From an uncultured Methanosarcinales archaeon (GTDB lineage Archaea > Nanobdellota > Nanobdellia > Woesearchaeales > CAYNLP01): a DNA stretch of 34,046 nt. Position numbers and translations under genes: made by a program. The stretch is taken from assembly GCA_964398115.1 (NCBI GenBank), contig CAYNLP010000008.1:1-34046 (forward strand). Reading direction: 5' to 3'. Positions 26,266 through 34,046 of this stretch are shown here, one piece after another. Under the pieces are notes generated by a model. That model made no database searches, was not told the origin of the DNA, and saw only the letters and a list, made by a program, of their open reading frames with translations. Within the stretch, counting starts at the first letter, position 1. Each line of letters starts with the position of its first letter.

Positions 26266-26784
26266 ATGGCACAACAAAACCAGATGAAGGAAGTTCGAAT
26301 CGAAAAGGTCACGCTAAACATAGGAGCAGGAAACGACCAAGAAAAGCTAAACAGAGGAGTACAACTACTCGAACACATAACAGGGATTGAACCAGTAAAG
26401 ACATACGCAAAAGAAAGAGTCCCAAGCTGGGACATCAGACCCGGACTTCCAATAGGATGCAAGATAACACTCAGAGGAGAACAAGCAAGAGAACTACTAC
26501 CTAACCTGTTAGAAGCAAAAGACGATAAACTACCAGCTAGCAGTTTCGACGACCACGGAAACGTCAGCTTCGGAATACAAGAATACATTGACGTAGGCGA
26601 CGTAGAATACGACCCAGAAATAGGAATGATGGGATTCCAAGTATGCATAACATTAGAAAGGCCAGGTTACAGAGTTGAAGACAGAAAAGTGAATAGCAGT
26701 AAAGTAGCTAGCAAACACAAAGTAGATCAAGACGCAGCGATAGAATTCTTCGAAGAAGAATTCGACGTCGAGGTGGAATATTAA
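26266..26784 (+). CDS. rpl5: 50S ribosomal protein uL5
   Basis: [29 protein letters not shown] and YDPEIG. Confidence 0.97.
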   Translation: MAQQNQMKEVRIEKVTLNIGAGNDQEKLNRGVQLLEHITGIEPVKTYAKERVPSWDIRPGLPIGCKITLRGEQARELLPNLLEAKDDKLPASSFDDHGNVSFGIQEYIDVGDVEYDPEIGMMGFQVCITLERPGYRVEDRKVNSSKVASKHKVDQDAAIEFFEEEFDVEVEY

Positions 26785-26785
26785 C

Positions 26786-27016
26786 ATGACACAATCAAAC
26801 TGGAAAAAAATGTTGAAACAACTGGAAGAAAAACCAGGAAAGATGGAAAAAGCACAGAAACACAACAAACCCAAAGACCGTAACAGTGGAGAAGACAAAT
26901 ACCACTGTAGAAGATGTGGTCGGACAGGAGGCCACATACACAAATACGGCCTTCACCTATGCAGGCAGTGCTTCAGAGAAATAGCGACAGAGATAGGATT
27001 CAAAAAATACAGTTAG
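26786..27016 (+). CDS. rps14: 30S ribosomal protein uS14 (Zn-binding, N-terminally extended)
   Basis: CRRCG...[15 protein letters not shown]. Confidence 0.96.
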   Translation: MTQSNWKKMLKQLEEKPGKMEKAQKHNKPKDRNSGEDKYHCRRCGRTGGHIHKYGLHLCRQCFREIATEIGFKKYS

Positions 27017-27028
27017 AGGAGATACAAA

Positions 27029-27421
27029 ATGACACTAAACGATCCAATGGCAAACGTGCTTTCAAAAATTAAGAATTACGAAAACCAAGGTGAGAAAGTA
27101 GTTGAAACTAGACACAGCAGTAAAGTAGTGAAGAAAGTCTTAGACATCATGAACGAAAAAGGATACATTGGAGACTATGAAGAAATAGAAGACAGCAAAG
27201 GAAACATTTTGAAAATAAAACTTATCGGAAACATCAACGATACAGGAGTTATCAAACCAAGATTCAGCTTGAAAAAGAACGAATTCGAAAAATGGGAGCA
27301 AAGATACCTCCCAGCAAAAGACTTTGGTATAATAATACTAAGCACAAGTCAAGGAATAATGACACACTACCAAGCAAAAGAAGAAGGAATCGGAGGCAGA
27401 CTCTTAAGTTACTGCTACTAA
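27029..27421 (+). CDS. rps8: 30S ribosomal protein uS8
   Basis: DPMANVLS.I.N, IKPRF, YLPA and GGRLL.YCY. Confidence 0.97.
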   Translation: MTLNDPMANVLSKIKNYENQGEKVVETRHSSKVVKKVLDIMNEKGYIGDYEEIEDSKGNILKIKLIGNINDTGVIKPRFSLKKNEFEKWEQRYLPAKDFGIIILSTSQGIMTHYQAKEEGIGGRLLSYCY

Positions 27422-27425
27422 AAAA

Positions 27426-27974
27426 ATGCCTAGGAAAAACTTCGAATTGGAAGTTGCAATCCCAGAAGGAGTCGAGGTTTCTGTAGACAACGGTGTTTTC
27501 ACCGTTAAAGGAGACAAAGGAGAAGTCACGAGAGACTTGTTCCACCCAAGAATAGATGCTAAAGTGGAAAACGGGAATATAGTGTTCCACGTAGAAAACT
27601 GTACAAACAGAGAAAGAAAACTAGTCCACACTTACAGAGGACACGTTAAAAACTTATTCAAAGGAGCAAGTGAAGGAATCAAGTACAAACTACAAGTATG
27701 CGCAAGTCACTTCCCAATGGACGTCAACTATAACAATAACGAATTACAAGTAGAAAACTTCATAGGAGAAAGAACACCAAGAACTTTAGAAATCCCCGAG
27801 GGTGTAGATGTAAAAGTTGACGGTGACGAAATAATATTAGAAGGTGTAGACAAAGAAAAAGTCGGTCAAACCGCTGGCAGTATAGAAAACCTATGCAAAA
27901 GAAGAGGATATGACAGAAGAGTATTCCAAGACGGTATATACATAATAGAAAAAGACGGTAAGGAGCTGGTCTAA
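27426..27974 (+). CDS. rpl6: 50S ribosomal protein uL6
   Basis: HFPM, NFIGE, VGQTA and DRRVFQDGIYI. Confidence 0.97.
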   Translation: MPRKNFELEVAIPEGVEVSVDNGVFTVKGDKGEVTRDLFHPRIDAKVENGNIVFHVENCTNRERKLVHTYRGHVKNLFKGASEGIKYKLQVCASHFPMDVNYNNNELQVENFIGERTPRTLEIPEGVDVKVDGDEIILEGVDKEKVGQTAGSIENLCKRRGYDRRVFQDGIYIIEKDGKELV

Positions 27975-28544
27975 ATGGATAAAGAAGAATTACTCAAAAA
28001 AAGAAAGGAACTGAAAAACAAGAAGCCAGACTTTACCAGAACAGACAGTCACAAGAAAGACCGTATCGGAAATAGTTGGAGAAACCCTCGAGGACTACAA
28101 AACAAGATGCGGTTAAACAAAAGAGGATACAACAAGTGCGTACGTACAGGATGGGGCAGTCCAAAAGCGGTCAAAGGACTACACCCAACCGGTCTGGAAC
28201 CTATCAGAGTTCACAACACCAACGATTTAGAAGACATAGACGAAGAACTACAAGGAATCATAATAGCTTCAAACGTTGGAGATAGGAAAAGAGTGAAAAT
28301 AATTGAAGAAGCACAAGAAAGAGATATATCAATACTAAACCTCGACGGTGACGAATACCTAGAAAAAGTTGAACAAAAAATCGAAAAACGACAAGAGAAA
28401 AGAAAGAAACGAGAAGAAAAAAGAAAAGAAAGAGAAAAACAAGCTGAAGAAACCAGTGATGACGAAGAAAAAATTGATCCAGAAGAACAAAAGAAGAAAG
28501 AAAAAGAACAAATGCAAAAAGTCGTTGAAAAAGGTGAACAATAA
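27975..28544 (+). CDS. rpl32e: 50S ribosomal protein eL32 with a charged C-terminal extension
   Basis: KKPDF.R, WRNPRG.QNK.R and GLHPTG. Confidence 0.95.
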   Translation: MDKEELLKKRKELKNKKPDFTRTDSHKKDRIGNSWRNPRGLQNKMRLNKRGYNKCVRTGWGSPKAVKGLHPTGLEPIRVHNTNDLEDIDEELQGIIIASNVGDRKRVKIIEEAQERDISILNLDGDEYLEKVEQKIEKRQEKRKKREEKRKEREKQAEETSDDEEKIDPEEQKKKEKEQMQKVVEKGEQ

Positions 28545-28996
28545 TGGATTTAACCTTACAAAAAAGGCTAGCAGCGGACGTACTCGACGTAAGCAAGAAA
28601 AGAGTGAAGATGGAACCAGCCAGACTCAACGACATAAGCGAAGCCATAACCAAAACAGACATTCGAGAACTCATAAGCGAAGGAGCAATATGGAAAGAAC
28701 AAAAGAAAGGAGTAAGCAGAGCACGAGCTAACCAAAATCAAAGACAAAAAAGCAAAGGCTTACAAAAAGGAGACGGAAGCCGAAAAGGAACACCAACAGC
28801 GAGGAAAAAAAGCAAAGACAGGTGGATGGATAAAGTAAGAGCACAACGAAAATTCCTCAAAAAACTAAAAGAAAACAACCACGTCGACAACCAAACTTAC
28901 AGAAAACTATACAAAATGGTAAAAGGCGGATATTTCAGAAGCAAAAGACACATCAAACTATACATGGAAGAAAGAGACTTAGGTGATAGACAATGA
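28544..28996 (+). CDS. rpl19e: 50S ribosomal protein eL19
   Basis: LQKRLAA, GSRKG...AR and YRKLY..VKGG.F. Confidence 0.97.
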   Translation: MDLTLQKRLAADVLDVSKKRVKMEPARLNDISEAITKTDIRELISEGAIWKEQKKGVSRARANQNQRQKSKGLQKGDGSRKGTPTARKKSKDRWMDKVRAQRKFLKKLKENNHVDNQTYRKLYKMVKGGYFRSKRHIKLYMEERDLGDRQ

Positions 28997-29481
28997 GGCA
29001 CAACATGAAACGCTTACCCAGGAAGAGAAGAAAACAAAGCAAAACCAACTATGAAAAAAGGTTAAGCCTACTAAAAAGTGGAAAGCCAAGGCTAGTAGTA
29101 AGAAAAACCAATAAGAAAATAATCGCACAACTAATCGAATACCATCCAGACGGAGACAAAGTAGTGACAAGCGCATACAGCACAGACCTAGAAAAACATG
29201 GTTGGGAAGGAAGCTACAACAACACACCAGCCGCATACCTAACAGGAATGCTAATAGCAGAAAAAGCAAACGACGCAGGAATAAAAGAAGCAGTGTTAGA
29301 CATTGGATTGAACACCCCTGTTAAAGGAGCCAGAGTGTTCGCCGTTGCAAAAGGAGCAAACGACGCAGGCTTAGACGTGAACGTAAGCGAAGAAATCGCT
29401 CCAAGCGAAGAAAGAATAGAAGGAAACCACATCAGCGAAGATATGAAGAAACAATTCGAAAAGGTCAAGGAGGCAATCTAG
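28993..29481 (+). CDS. rpl18: 50S ribosomal protein uL18
   Basis: KTNYEKRL.LLKS, RLVVRKTN, NTPAAYLTG and LDIGL. Confidence 0.96.
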   Translation: MRHNMKRLPRKRRKQSKTNYEKRLSLLKSGKPRLVVRKTNKKIIAQLIEYHPDGDKVVTSAYSTDLEKHGWEGSYNNTPAAYLTGMLIAEKANDAGIKEAVLDIGLNTPVKGARVFAVAKGANDAGLDVNVSEEIAPSEERIEGNHISEDMKKQFEKVKEAI

Positions 29482-29483
29482 AA

Positions 29484-30221
29484 ATGGCTGAAGAACAAGA
29501 AGAACCTGAAGAGGAAGAACTCCTCCCCAAATGGGAGCCAAGAACCAAACTAGGAAGAAAAGTAAAGAACAGAGAAATTAGAGACATCGACGAAATCCTC
29601 GACAGAGGAGAAGTAATAATGGAAGAAGAAATAGTAGACGCACTCCTAGACCTAGAAGACGACTTAATCCTAGTAGGACAAAGCAAAGGAAAATTCGGAG
29701 GAGGACAAAGAAGAGTATTCAAACAAACACAGAAAAAGACCAGAGAAGGAAACAAACCAAGCTTTACTGCAATGGCTGTAGTTGGCGACCGAAAAGGACA
29801 CTTCGGAACAGGACTAGGAAAAGCAAAAGAAACCGTGCCGGCAAGAGACAAAGCACAAAGAACCGCCAAGAAAAACTTATTCAAGATTAGAAGAGGATGC
29901 GGAAGTTGGAGATGTGGATGTCAAGGACCACACAGCATCCCCTTCGCAGTAGAAGGCAGATGCGGAAGTGTAAGAATAAAACTAATGCCAGCGCCAAAAG
30001 GCAAAGGACTAGTAACAGAAGGCGAAGTTCAAAAAGCACTCGAACTCGCAGGTATCGAAGACGTTTGGAGCAAAACATTCGGACACACTGAAAACAAGAT
30101 AAACCTTATCAAAGCGTTAGAAGACGCGTTAAGAAAACTAATGACAACCAAACTCAACGCAGAAAGTAATCAAAACATCAAAGTATACGAAGGCAGTATA
30201 GAGGGAGACCATGGCGTCTAA
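29484..30221 (+). CDS. rps5: 30S ribosomal protein uS5
   Basis: WEPRTKLGR, RGCGSW.C.C..PHSIP and PAPKG.GLV. Confidence 0.97.
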   Translation: MAEEQEEPEEEELLPKWEPRTKLGRKVKNREIRDIDEILDRGEVIMEEEIVDALLDLEDDLILVGQSKGKFGGGQRRVFKQTQKKTREGNKPSFTAMAVVGDRKGHFGTGLGKAKETVPARDKAQRTAKKNLFKIRRGCGSWRCGCQGPHSIPFAVEGRCGSVRIKLMPAPKGKGLVTEGEVQKALELAGIEDVWSKTFGHTENKINLIKALEDALRKLMTTKLNAESNQNIKVYEGSIEGDHGV

Positions 30222-30570
30222 AATAGCAGCAGTATTGATAAGAAGCAGAGCAGGAGTGCAAAAGAAGATGAGCGATACTTTAGACATGCTTAAACTAAAT
30301 CAAAAACATAGTTGCGTCGTCATGGAAGACACGGAAAGCAACCGAGGCATGCTAGAAAAAGTACAAGGCCTAGTAACATGGGGCGAAATAAGTGATGAAA
30401 CCGTAGAAGAACTACAAGAAGAAAAGGACAGCAAAGATGGAAAACACTTCAACCTCCAACCGCCAAAAGGAGGTTTTGAAAGAAAAGGTATAAAAACTCC
30501 ATACAAGAAAGGAGGAGCCCTTGGTTATAGAGGAGAAGACATGAACGATTTGATAAGGAGGATGTTATGA
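30211..30570 (+). CDS. rpl30: 50S ribosomal protein uL30 (short archaeal form)
   Basis: DTL.ML.L, GML.KV..LVTWGE, F.L.PPKGG and GGALGYRG. Confidence 0.95.
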   Translation: MASKIAAVLIRSRAGVQKKMSDTLDMLKLNQKHSCVVMEDTESNRGMLEKVQGLVTWGEISDETVEELQEEKDSKDGKHFNLQPPKGGFERKGIKTPYKKGGALGYRGEDMNDLIRRML

Positions 30571-30995
30571 CTAACAAAAAGAAAAGGCAAAGAGGAAGCC
30601 ACACACACGGAGGCGGCAGTAAGAAAAAACGCCGTGGTGCAGGAAACCGCGGAGGTAGAGGCAGAGCTGGAACTGGCAAGAAAGGAGATCAGAAAAAACC
30701 CAGCTACTGGAAAGAAAAGAAAAAGAAAGGTTTCAAAAGCCTCCAACAAAAAAAAGGCAAGCCTGACGTTATCAACATCTCTCAACTTAACGAAACACTA
30801 GACAATTTGAAAGAAAAAGGCTTAATCGAAAAAGAAAACGGACAATACCAAGTCGACCTAAAAGAACTCGGTTATGGAAAATTGTTAGGCGCTGGAAGTC
30901 CAAAAGAAGAATACAATATAAAGGTTGAAAAAGCAAGTGACAGCGCCGTTGAAAAAGTTGAGGACAACGGCGGAAACGTCGAACTCCTAGGATAG
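30567..30995 (+). CDS. rpl15: 50S ribosomal protein uL15
   Basis: RGSHTHGGG.KKKRRGAG.RGGRG.AG and KLLG.G. Confidence 0.96.
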   Translation: MTNKKKRQRGSHTHGGGSKKKRRGAGNRGGRGRAGTGKKGDQKKPSYWKEKKKKGFKSLQQKKGKPDVINISQLNETLDNLKEKGLIEKENGQYQVDLKELGYGKLLGAGSPKEEYNIKVEKASDSAVEKVEDNGGNVELLG

Positions 30996-30998
30996 AAA

Positions 30999-32366
30999 AT
31001 GTCAATTGTAAAGACAATAGCCAACGCGTTACCAGAGGTTGCACCACCTAGGCAAAAACGTCTTTCTTTCAAGCAAAAAATGAAATGGACTTTGATAGTC
31101 CTAGTACTATTCTTCGTCTTAGGAATGGTACCACTCTATGGACTAGGACAAAACGCGCTTCAACAATTCGAATTCTTATCAACACTACTCGGAGCACAAT
31201 TCGGAAGTATCGTAAGCCTAGGAATCGGGCCCATCGTCACGGCCAGCATTGTACTACAACTGCTAAACGGCTCCGGAATCTTGAACTATGACATGACTAG
31301 TCAAAAAGGAAAGCAAGAATTTCAAGAAATGCAGCAAGTTATGACCGTCTTCTTCATAATAGTGGAAGCTTTCATATACGTGGCAATGGGTGGGCTAGCA
31401 CCAGCGCAAGGAGTGCCCATGCTCGTACTAGTATTCCAACTCTTCCTCGGAGGAATGATAATCGTATACTTAGATCAAGTGATAAGCAAATGGGGATTCG
31501 GATCAGGAGTTAGCCTATTCATCGCTGCAGGAGTTTCACAAACAATATTCGTACGGATGCTCAACCCATTGCCAAGTCCAAACAACCCAAGTGTGAGTAC
31601 TGGAGCAATACCAGCATTATTCGAATTCTTAAGCGTGGGAGACCCAACCAGCGCCGGCTTACAACTAGCAGGCATAATAGCAACGATAGCCGTGTTCGCA
31701 TTCGTAGTATACACACAAGCAATGAAAGTAGAAGTCCCTCTCAGTTTCGGAAGGGTAAGAGGGCACGGTGTTAGATGGCCTTTGGATTTCTTCTACACCA
31801 ATGTTATCCCTGTCATTTTAATCTCAGCACTACTCGCTAACATCCAACTCTTCGGAAAGTTACTAGACAACTGGGGATATCCCTTACTAGGAGAGTTCAG
31901 CGGCAACCAACCCGTGAGCGGATTGGCTGCATTTATGAACAATCCAAACCTTGTCAACAGCATAATCACAGGGAGTTTAACCTTTGACATGCTCGTGCAA
32001 AGCATCGTCTACATCCTAATCTATATGATTGGTGCTATGGTTTTCTCAATATTCTGGATGCAAAGTTCAGGCATGGATGCCAGGAGTCAAGCCGATCAAA
32101 TCATGAGCAGCGGCTTACAAATACCAGGTTTTAGAAGAGACAAAAGAGTATTAGAAAGATTACTCAACAGATACATCTGGCCACTCACAATAATGGGAGG
32201 TCTAGCAGTAGGATTCCTCGCCGCCGTGGCAAACCTAACAGGTGCGTTCGGAGGAGGGACAGGTATATTACTAACAGTTATGATAGTGTACAGGTTGTAT
32301 GAAGAGATTGGTCGTGAACACATGATGGAAATGAACCCGATGATGCGCAAGTTCATGGAAACATAG
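30999..32366 (+). CDS. secY: Preprotein translocase subunit SecY
   Basis: LGIGPIVTASIVLQLL, KWGFGSGVSLFIAAG, QIPGFRRD and GTGILL.V. Confidence 0.98.
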   Translation: MSIVKTIANALPEVAPPRQKRLSFKQKMKWTLIVLVLFFVLGMVPLYGLGQNALQQFEFLSTLLGAQFGSIVSLGIGPIVTASIVLQLLNGSGILNYDMTSQKGKQEFQEMQQVMTVFFIIVEAFIYVAMGGLAPAQGVPMLVLVFQLFLGGMIIVYLDQVISKWGFGSGVSLFIAAGVSQTIFVRMLNPLPSPNNPSVSTGAIPALFEFLSVGDPTSAGLQLAGIIATIAVFAFVVYTQAMKVEVPLSFGRVRGHGVRWPLDFFYTNVIPVILISALLANIQLFGKLLDNWGYPLLGEFSGNQPVSGLAAFMNNPNLVNSIITGSLTFDMLVQSIVYILIYMIGAMVFSIFWMQSSGMDARSQADQIMSSGLQIPGFRRDKRVLERLLNRYIWPLTIMGGLAVGFLAAVANLTGAFGGGTGILLTVMIVYRLYEEIGREHMMEMNPMMRKFMET

Positions 32367-32400
32367 CTTATTTAAACAAGAGGTGGTTTAGGGAGAATCT

Positions 32401-33153
32401 ATGGTATTAGGCTCGCTTTTAGACCCGATTTTTGGACCTTTACTACAACTTGATCCCCTCTACTCTATCATAATCTTAGCTTTTGGAATCACTTTCTTAA
32501 TCACTTTAGCCTATAAGTTCTTGACAGACCAGGAAGAAATGCAACGTTTGAAAGACAAGATGAAAGATTATCAGGATAAGGTTAAGGAAGTTCAGAAAGA
32601 AGATCCTGACAAAGCTATGGATGTACAGAAAGAAGCTATGAGCGTTAACATGGAGTATATGAAGAAAAGTTTCAAACCCACGCTTTACACTTTCATTCCT
32701 ATCATTATAATTTTTGGATGGATGCAAAGCCACCTTGCTTACATCCCAATCCAACCAAATCAACCGTTTAACGTCACTGCAGAGATGCAAAGCGGTTTGC
32801 CAGACAATGTAAAACTTTCAGCAGTTCCAGAACTTCCTGTTGAAAACCCGTCTAAACCAGCTAATAAAACAGTGACTTGGACGGTGAACGGAGCAGAAGC
32901 CGGCGAATACACATTAGTAGTTGAATATGGGGATAATCAGTTTAAAAAGAATATTTTAATATCAAACACTGATTATAAAAGTCCTAGTAAAGATTTTGAT
33001 GGACCGGTTCAAAATATCAAGGTTGGTATGAAAGAAGTCCATCCCTTAGGAAGTTTCAGCATTTTTGGTTGGAGACCTGGATGGTTAGGAACATATATCA
33101 TGCTTTCCATAGTGTTTAGTATCGTCTTGAGAAAAATCTTAGGAGTGGCTTAA
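32401..33153 (+). CDS. EMC3/TMCO1 (DUF106, Oxa1-superfamily) membrane insertase-like protein
   Basis: TM, coiled coil (TDQEEMQRLK...), FKP.LYT.IPIIIIFGW, then WLG.YI..SI.FS..LRK.LG; conserved position after secY. Confidence 0.9.
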   Translation: MVLGSLLDPIFGPLLQLDPLYSIIILAFGITFLITLAYKFLTDQEEMQRLKDKMKDYQDKVKEVQKEDPDKAMDVQKEAMSVNMEYMKKSFKPTLYTFIPIIIIFGWMQSHLAYIPIQPNQPFNVTAEMQSGLPDNVKLSAVPELPVENPSKPANKTVTWTVNGAEAGEYTLVVEYGDNQFKKNILISNTDYKSPSKDFDGPVQNIKVGMKEVHPLGSFSIFGWRPGWLGTYIMLSIVFSIVLRKILGVA

Positions 33154-33758
33154 AAGGAGGGAATATTCAAGTTTAGTTCTATAAGTAGAAAGTCATAAAG
33201 AGCTATTAGTAGTATTATAACAAACGCTATAAGGATTAGTTTGAATTTATGCTTGTGTTTTTGATGTTTTTCCCTATGCTCGTGTTTTACTACATCAATT
33301 AGTTCATCGCCGAAGTATACGCTCATATAAGTTCCTGCGGCAGAGACTAGTATTATCAGCCAATAAGGGAAAGGTTTGTAGAGTATGTGTCTGAAAAGTC
33401 TTAAAATAACGGTTTCTTGGAAAACTTGCGGGTTGAATATTATTGTGTCGATTGTTATGGTGAGTGCTATGAACCATACAACCATTTCCGAGTAAATCAT
33501 TTTTATATTGGTTAATAGGCGTATGGGGAAGTCTAGTAGGAATCCTGCATCTGCTATAGGGGTACAGAATACGAAGCAAGCCCATGTGAGGAAGGTTATC
33601 AATAATCCTTCTTGAACTCCGTATTCGAATGCGACGAATGTGAAATAACCTGTTACTACGGCAAGGACTAATAGCCATCTTATGAGAGTAGAACGTTTAG
33701 TTTCGTGTTTTATGTATTCTTCTTTTTCTTTTATTAATTGCTTAACCTTTTGAAACAT
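33150..33758 (-). CDS. Hypothetical membrane protein with a His/Lys-rich loop
   Basis: About five hydrophobic segments, CTPIADAGFLLDFP motif and KHEHREKHQKHKHK. Confidence 0.8.
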   Translation of the reverse strand: MFQKVKQLIKEKEEYIKHETKRSTLIRWLLVLAVVTGYFTFVAFEYGVQEGLLITFLTWACFVFCTPIADAGFLLDFPIRLLTNIKMIYSEMVVWFIALTITIDTIIFNPQVFQETVILRLFRHILYKPFPYWLIILVSAAGTYMSVYFGDELIDVVKHEHREKHQKHKHKFKLILIAFVIILLIALYDFLLIELNLNIPSF

Positions 33759-33829
33759 TTCTTAAATTCGTATTTGAGAGGTTATCATATAAAAACTTTG
33801 TTTTACTTCTCGTGAAGGAATCTTAATTC

Positions 33830-33845
33830 TTTTCCATATAGAAAA
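33830..33845. repeat. Dispersed 16-bp palindrome, copy 7
   Basis: TTTTCCATATAGAAAA. Confidence 0.85.
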
Positions 33846-33898
33846 TAAATAATACTGCTGGGATAACCTTTATAAAGGACATCTTTTTCCCCACGAAT

Positions 33899-34046
33899 AT
33901 GCCAGAGCCAAAACATAGAAATAAAAGCAAAAGGAAGGTATACAGGAAAACTCCCGGAGGAAAAACTGTAGAAAGATTTGAAGACAAAAAAAGTGGTAAA
34001 GCACACTGCAGCAACTGTGGTGAAGAACTTCACGGAGTGCCAAGAG
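33899..34046 (+). CDS. rpl34e: 50S ribosomal protein eL34, 5' part
   Basis: Manual translation MPEPKHRNKSKRKVYRKTPGGKTVERFEDKKSGKAHCSNCGEELHGVPR; TATA TTTATAAA at ~33869-33876. Not in the ORF track. Confidence 0.93.
   Translation, partial: MPEPKHRNKSKRKVYRKTPGGKTVERFEDKKSGKAHCSNCGEELHGVPR

Noticed and set aside
19671..32356. Many antisense and alternate-frame ORFs over the ribosomal operon
   Set aside because: They are shadows of the biased codon usage: low-complexity S/F/L-rich translations fully overlapping confident genes.

Overview
Chromosomal window from a small-genome archaeon, most likely DPANN and Woesearchaeota-like. This is inferred from a fused PriS-PriL primase, an N-terminally extended uS14 and compact gene packing; acidic proteins and a photolyase suggest a saline, sunlit habitat. 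From left to right it contains: the 5' part of cdc6/orc1 (minus strand, missed by the ORF track); an ORB-containing replication origin candidate (381-686); a TrmB-family regulator and a TraB-domain gene; an accessory block (photolyase, DUF378, dienelactone hydrolase, YdhR-like protein, orphans); hef, htpX, a small TOPRIM protein, a multi-bPH_2 membrane protein and the fused primase; then the large rpl3-to-secY ribosomal operon, an EMC3/DUF106 gene and a partial rpl34e. Three signals stand out. (1) The same ~50-aa helix-extension-helix-like module is attached through long acidic linkers to three different ribosomal proteins (uL22, uS3, uS17), and each copy also encodes the Shine-Dalgarno and ATGA overlap for the next gene. 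(2) A 16-bp palindrome, TTTTC-NATATN-GAAAA, occurs seven times in intergenic DNA, mostly within 8 kb of the origin and bracketing accessory genes. (3) A ~170-nt highly structured 5' leader precedes rpl3 and is a candidate new archaeal r-leader. I saw no tRNA, rRNA, CRISPR array or transposase. All family calls come from motif recognition by eye; no searches were run.
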